Under the pieces are notes generated by a model, which saw only the letters and a program-made list of their open reading frames with translations, was not told the DNA's origin and did not search any database. From Octopus bimaculoides (taxonomy: Eukaryota), in assembly GCF_001194135.2 (NCBI RefSeq), contig NC_069009.1, positions 427,310 through 465,187 of the forward strand: a stretch of DNA of 37,878 bases, written 5' to 3'. The position numbers and the translations under genes are program-made. Position 1 is the first letter of the stretch; the number at the start of each line of letters is the position of its first letter. Below are positions 33,371 through 37,878 of this stretch, in pieces.

Positions 33371-33808
33371 ATCATTNNNNNNNNNNNNNNNNNNNNNNNN
33401 NNNNNNNNNNNNNNNNNNNNNNNNNNNNNNNNNNNNNNNNNNNNNNNNNNNNNNNNNNNNNNNNNNNNNNNNNNNNNNNNNNNNNNNNNNNNNNNNNNNN
33501 NNNNNNNNNNNNNNNNNNNNNNNNNNNNNNNNNNNNNNNNNNNNNNNNNNNNNNNNNNNNNNNNNNNNNNNNNNNNNNNNNNNNNNNNNNNNNNNNNNNN
33601 NNNNNNNNNNNNNNNNNNNNNNNNNNNNNNNNNNNNNNNNNNNNNNNNNNNNNNNNNNNNNNNNNNNNNNNNNNNNNNNNNNNNNNNNNNNNNNNNNNNN
33701 NNNNNNNNNNNNNNNNNNNNNNNNNNNNNNNNNNNNNNNNNNNNNNNNNNNNNNNNNNNNNNNNNNNNNNNNNNNNNNNNNNNNNNNNNNNNNNNNNNNN
33801 NNNNNNNN

Positions 33809-33990
33809 TCAAGCTTGACATGAAATCAATGAATCTCAACTTCATTAATATGTATATATCTAAAGACATCAACACAGAGATGACTTTGATTTCTGAAGAT
33901 GATTGTGCTGGATTTTTGAGGAATTTGTTAGAAAATAATGAATAAAAGTGTTAAGTGATATTGATTTTGTCTTTGTTGTGTTTTCATTAT
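33809..33990 (+). terminator. 3' terminal block of ZNF-G with AATAAA at 33941-33946
   Basis: Near-identical to the block after F. Confidence 0.6.
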
Positions 33991-34439
33991 CATCATCTTT
34001 ATATTTTATGGTAGTGAAATGAAGTTAGCACCAAAATAAAGCAAGAAATACCTATAACATAGGGATTTAGTTTACAGGTGATGTACACGACTAAGTACGC
34101 TAGGTAAGTGCTGTAATGGATTACTAGGGCCCCAAAGTTATATCCAAGACGCCAGTATCGATAGGAAGATTCTCAGCCGAAACCAAAAAAAGGGGGGAAA
34201 ATAGAAATTAACCAGCCTCCAAGGAGGTAGCAAGTGTGTGGAAAACGAATGTTCTCTCAGGAGTGGGGAAGTGACAGGTGCTGCTCCAGGTTCCAGTCAG
34301 ATTTGGTTTGGTTTCTTTGGCTGTATGCCCTTAAGATACATAGTATATATTTTATAAATATGCCTGGTCAAATATCATAATAGCATGAAACTAGTAGTAG
34401 CCCTTTCGACTGAATATTTAATTCGATATACGTATGTAT

Positions 34440-34660
34440 GTGTCTGAACATCATGTCAGTCTGATAACTAAAATAAATGTATACAGATCTTGTATTTCAA
34501 GCATATTTCTGAATGGTGCTGTAGCATGGGCTGCCTTCTACAGACAAATAAGAAAACTTGAAACGTTTCACATGTGTGCAACATATGCAGCAAATTGGCA
34601 AGATAAGACATCAAATGTCAAAATCTTAGGATCATGTGATATATCCAACACACGAACACG
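34440..34660 (+). mobile_element. LINE fragment, RTE-like reverse transcriptase C-terminal region
   Basis: Peptide TKINVYRSCISSIFLNGAVAWAAFYRQIRKLETFHM...WQDKTSNVKIL resembles the RTE-clade pattern TK..VYR...LLYG.E.W...R..RKLE.FH.R...WQDK..N.EVL. Confidence 0.65.
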
Positions 34661-34917
34661 CTTTATCTCCTGATTATTTTTATGTATAGCTTAAGGAAGC
34701 TATACAGTGGGCAGGAGGGAGGACGACTGTGTTCTCGTAATCTGAATACTGTATAGTCGATGGAATGCTGTGTCACGTTTCCAGTCTTCGAAGGGTGATT
34801 AACTCTTTACATTACGAAGTGGAGGGAAGGAATGGCTCCATGACCTGCTGGGAATCTCAAAATCTTAGAAACATGTGATATGTCCAGTATCCAAAGCTTG
34901 CTGATGAGAATTCCGCA

Positions 34918-35155
34918 GCACTCCGTCGCTTACGACGTCGAGGGTTCCAGTTGATCCGATCAACGGAACAACCTGCTCGAGAAATTAACGTGCAAGTGGC
35001 TGAGCACTCCTCAGACACGTGTACCCTTAACGTAGTTCTTGGGGGATATTCAGTGTGACAAGGCTGACCCGTTGAATTACAGGCACAACAGAAACAGGTA
35101 GTAAGAGTGCGAGAAAGTTGTGGTGGAAGAGTACAGCAGGATTCGCAACCATCCC
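34918..35155 (-). mobile_element. tRNA-derived SINE family A, head missing
   Basis: Reverse complement matches the 3' two-thirds of the family and breaks at CATCCCC. Confidence 0.85.
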
Positions 35156-35377
35156 CCAAAATACACCCTGGAAGAACGTAAAACGACGTTTTAAGAGTAA
35201 GATGGGGAAGATTCAACAAAAACAAATTATTTACTTTGTTTTAAAAAAATTATTTACTTTGTTTTTAAAAAAAAAACCTCATACGTGTTTTGCGCATTCG
35301 CGCTAGGTAGGATCGACTAGTCACGACTAGTTAGCACGAGTGCGCGCACTGGACCCACTCTTCTTGAATAGGACCCA
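35156..35377 (+). repeat. Unclassified GC-rich palindrome-containing repeat abutting the first-exon remnant of ZNF-H
   Basis: Reverse complement of 14133-14363. Confidence 0.7.
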
Positions 35378-35404
35378 TTGACTCGTTGTTTATATCTGTA
35401 TACG
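35378..35404 (+). promoter_or_regulatory. First-exon remnant of ZNF-H (donor at 35405)
   Basis: TTGACTCGTTGTTTATATCTGTATACG|GTAAGTTGACAAAG. Confidence 0.6.
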
Positions 35405-36022
35405 GTAAGTTGACAAAGATTTAATTCAAGGCTGTAATGGTGATAAGAATGTGAACCTCTGGATGTTGCAGCAATTATTTCGAAGCGAAAACAAAAGAAC
35501 ATTAGGAAAATATATTTCCTCGTCTTCAATAATAATGGTTAATGTTTAAACTTCCAAAGTCGAGATTTGACTTGAATTCGTTTTAGTGTCCATAAATAAT
35601 ATTGACGACAATGATGATAATGCTTTTTACTTAAGGCATAAGGCCTGTAATTTGGTTGCGAGGTGTAATTCTATCGCATGGGCCACTATTTCTTATTTTA
35701 TTGACCTCAAATGGATGACCACGGTGGGATTTGAACATTTCAGTGTAAAGTCCGAATACGGTTACATGTGATGGAAGAAAGTAAATAGATAAAAGATTTG
35801 GCAGATTAACGGTAATTCAAAATCGTTAATTGTTCTTTACATTTAATTACTGCATAATAAGAGGAAACTTGCCTAAATAATTCTGATAGAATAACTACAA
35901 ATCCGTCTGGAGTAAGTACTTAAATGTGCCCCAGCGACGTCGTTTCCTCGTCACTTTCTGAAAACTTGCTTTATTTCAGATGATTACAGTTATATTTTTC
36001 AGATGGTGTAGTTTGTGATTTT

Positions 36023-36272
<250 letters not shown>

Positions 36273-36786
36273 TGACGTAAAAGGGATTTCTTCATTCAGA
36301 CGTGCCTCTGATGTTTTTTATCGACTTTCCTTGACTGAACGAAGACCATATATTTATAAGAAGCATTCAGCAATACATCAANNNNNNNNNNGGATTTCTT
36401 CATTCAGACGTGCCTCTGATGTTTTTTATCGACTTTCCTTGACTGAACGAAGACCATATATTTATAAGAAGCATTCAGCAATACATCAAACTCTTTCTAT
36501 AAATTAGATCTTCAACAAATGATGGGGAAATAGTTCTTCTGCACATTGTATTTCACAGCAACATTTTTTTTGTCTTCACAGTTTGGAATGTAGACGAGAT
36601 TATCAATTAACAGATTAATTAATCTTGGATAACTTTACAAACGATTTAACAGTTTACACCTGTTTTGGATATTAAGTAAGATCACAAATAAAAGAAGCAT
36701 AACAATAAAGTATTCTCTGAAAATAGTAACACAACTAAATACAAACATCCATAGAATTTGAAAAAAACACTATCATTTTGGTATTT

Positions 36787-37878
36787 ATGACAAATTATTA
36801 TCTCATAATGAATAATTTAAGAAATCCAAACAACCCTGATACAAGAGAGAAGCCATATCATTGTGATATCTGTGGTAAATCATTCAGTGAAGAAAGAGTC
36901 TTAACTAAACACAAATGCATTCATACAGGAGAGAAATCACATCGCTGTGATATCTGTGGTAAATCATTCTCTCAAAATGGTAATTTGACTATTCACAAAC
37001 GTATTCATACTGGGGAAAAACCATGTCAGTGTGATATCTGTGGTAAATCATTCTCTCAAAGTGGTTCTTTGACTTATCACAAAAGTACTCATACTGGGGT
37101 AAAACCATATCAGTGTGATATCTGCGGTACGTCATTTTCTGCAAAATTCTTGTTAACTAGACACAAACGTATTCATACTAGGGAAAAGCCATATCAATGT
37201 GATATCTGCAGTAAATTATTTTCCACAAAAGGCATTTTAACTGCTCATAAATGTATTCACATTGGGGTAAAACAATATCACTGTGATATCTGTGGTAAAT
37301 CATTCTTTCAAAGTGGTTGCTTGACTAATCACGAACGTATTCATACTGGGGTAAAACCATATCAGTGTGATATCTGCAGTAAATTATTTTCCACAAATAG
37401 CACTTTAGTTCGTCACACACGTACTCATTTAGGTGAGAAGCGATTTTATTGTAATATCTGTGGTAAATCATTTGTTAAAAATAGTGACTTGACTAATCAC
37501 ATACGTGTACATACAGGAGAGAAGCCATATCACTGTAATATCTGTGGTAAATCATTTGCTAGATATAGTTACTTGTATAGTCACAAACTTATTCATACTG
37601 GGGAAAAACGATATCAATGTGATATCTGCAGTAAATTATTTTCCACAAGTGGCGCTTTAGTTCGTCACAAACGTACTCATACTGGGGAAAAACCATATCA
37701 GTGTGATATCTGTGGTATATCATTTGCTCAAAGTGGTGACTTGCCTAAACACAAACGTACTCATACAGGAGAGAAGCCATATAGTTGTGATATCTGTGGT
37801 AGATCATTTTCTGGAAGTGGTGATGTGACAAAACACAAACGTACACACACAGGAGAGAAGCCATATCATTGTAATATC
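36787..37878 (+). CDS. ZNF-H: C2H2 zinc-finger array protein, 3'-partial, 364 codons, 12 complete fingers in the window; close paralog of ZNF-G
   Basis: Manual translation [42 protein letters not shown]... stays open to the window end. It is not in the supplied ORF track. Confidence 0.9.
   Translation, partial: MTNYYLIMNNLRNPNNPDTREKPYHCDICGKSFSEERVLTKHKCIHTGEKSHRCDICGKSFSQNGNLTIHKRIHTGEKPCQCDICGKSFSQSGSLTYHKSTHTGVKPYQCDICGTSFSAKFLLTRHKRIHTREKPYQCDICSKLFSTKGILTAHKCIHIGVKQYHCDICGKSFFQSGCLTNHERIHTGVKPYQCDICSKLFSTNSTLVRHTRTHLGEKRFYCNICGKSFVKNSDLTNHIRVHTGEKPYHCNICGKSFARYSYLYSHKLIHTGEKRYQCDICSKLFSTSGALVRHKRTHTGEKPYQCDICGISFAQSGDLPKHKRTHTGEKPYSCDICGRSFSGSGDVTKHKRTHTGEKPYHCNI

Noticed and set aside
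36284-36489. Exact 98-bp tandem duplication in the ZNF-H 5' UTR
   Set aside because: The two copies flank a 10-N gap and are identical, the typical signature of unmerged overlapping contigs.

Overview
AT-rich animal genomic DNA with nine N-gaps, most likely from an octopus (inference from the [10 protein letters not shown] finger style and the SINE families; not verified by a search). The window is a tandem cluster of C2H2 zinc-finger (ZNF) genes: seven complete ORFs (called A-G here), one running off the right edge (H, missing from the ORF track), one stop-containing 3' fragment, and one orphan first exon. Order and orientation: A(-) B(-) | C(+) D(+) orphan exon(+) fragment(-) E(-) | F(+) G(+) H(+). 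Together they hold about 130 finger units and no recognisable KRAB, SCAN or BTB domain. Each gene appears to be a copy of one cassette: a non-coding first exon ending in G|GTAAGTTGAC, an intron of about 0.85-2 kb, an acceptor TTTCAG|AATA, and one coding exon. The start codon lies inside a frameshifted dead finger, several 3' UTRs are decayed fingers, and a conserved polyA block follows. Between genes are tRNA-derived and other SINEs, a decayed Ty3/gypsy element, an RTE-type LINE fragment, a 107-bp-arm foldback element and a minimal hammerhead-ribozyme-like motif. All splice, promoter and ribozyme calls are predictions from sequence comparison inside this window and have no transcript support.
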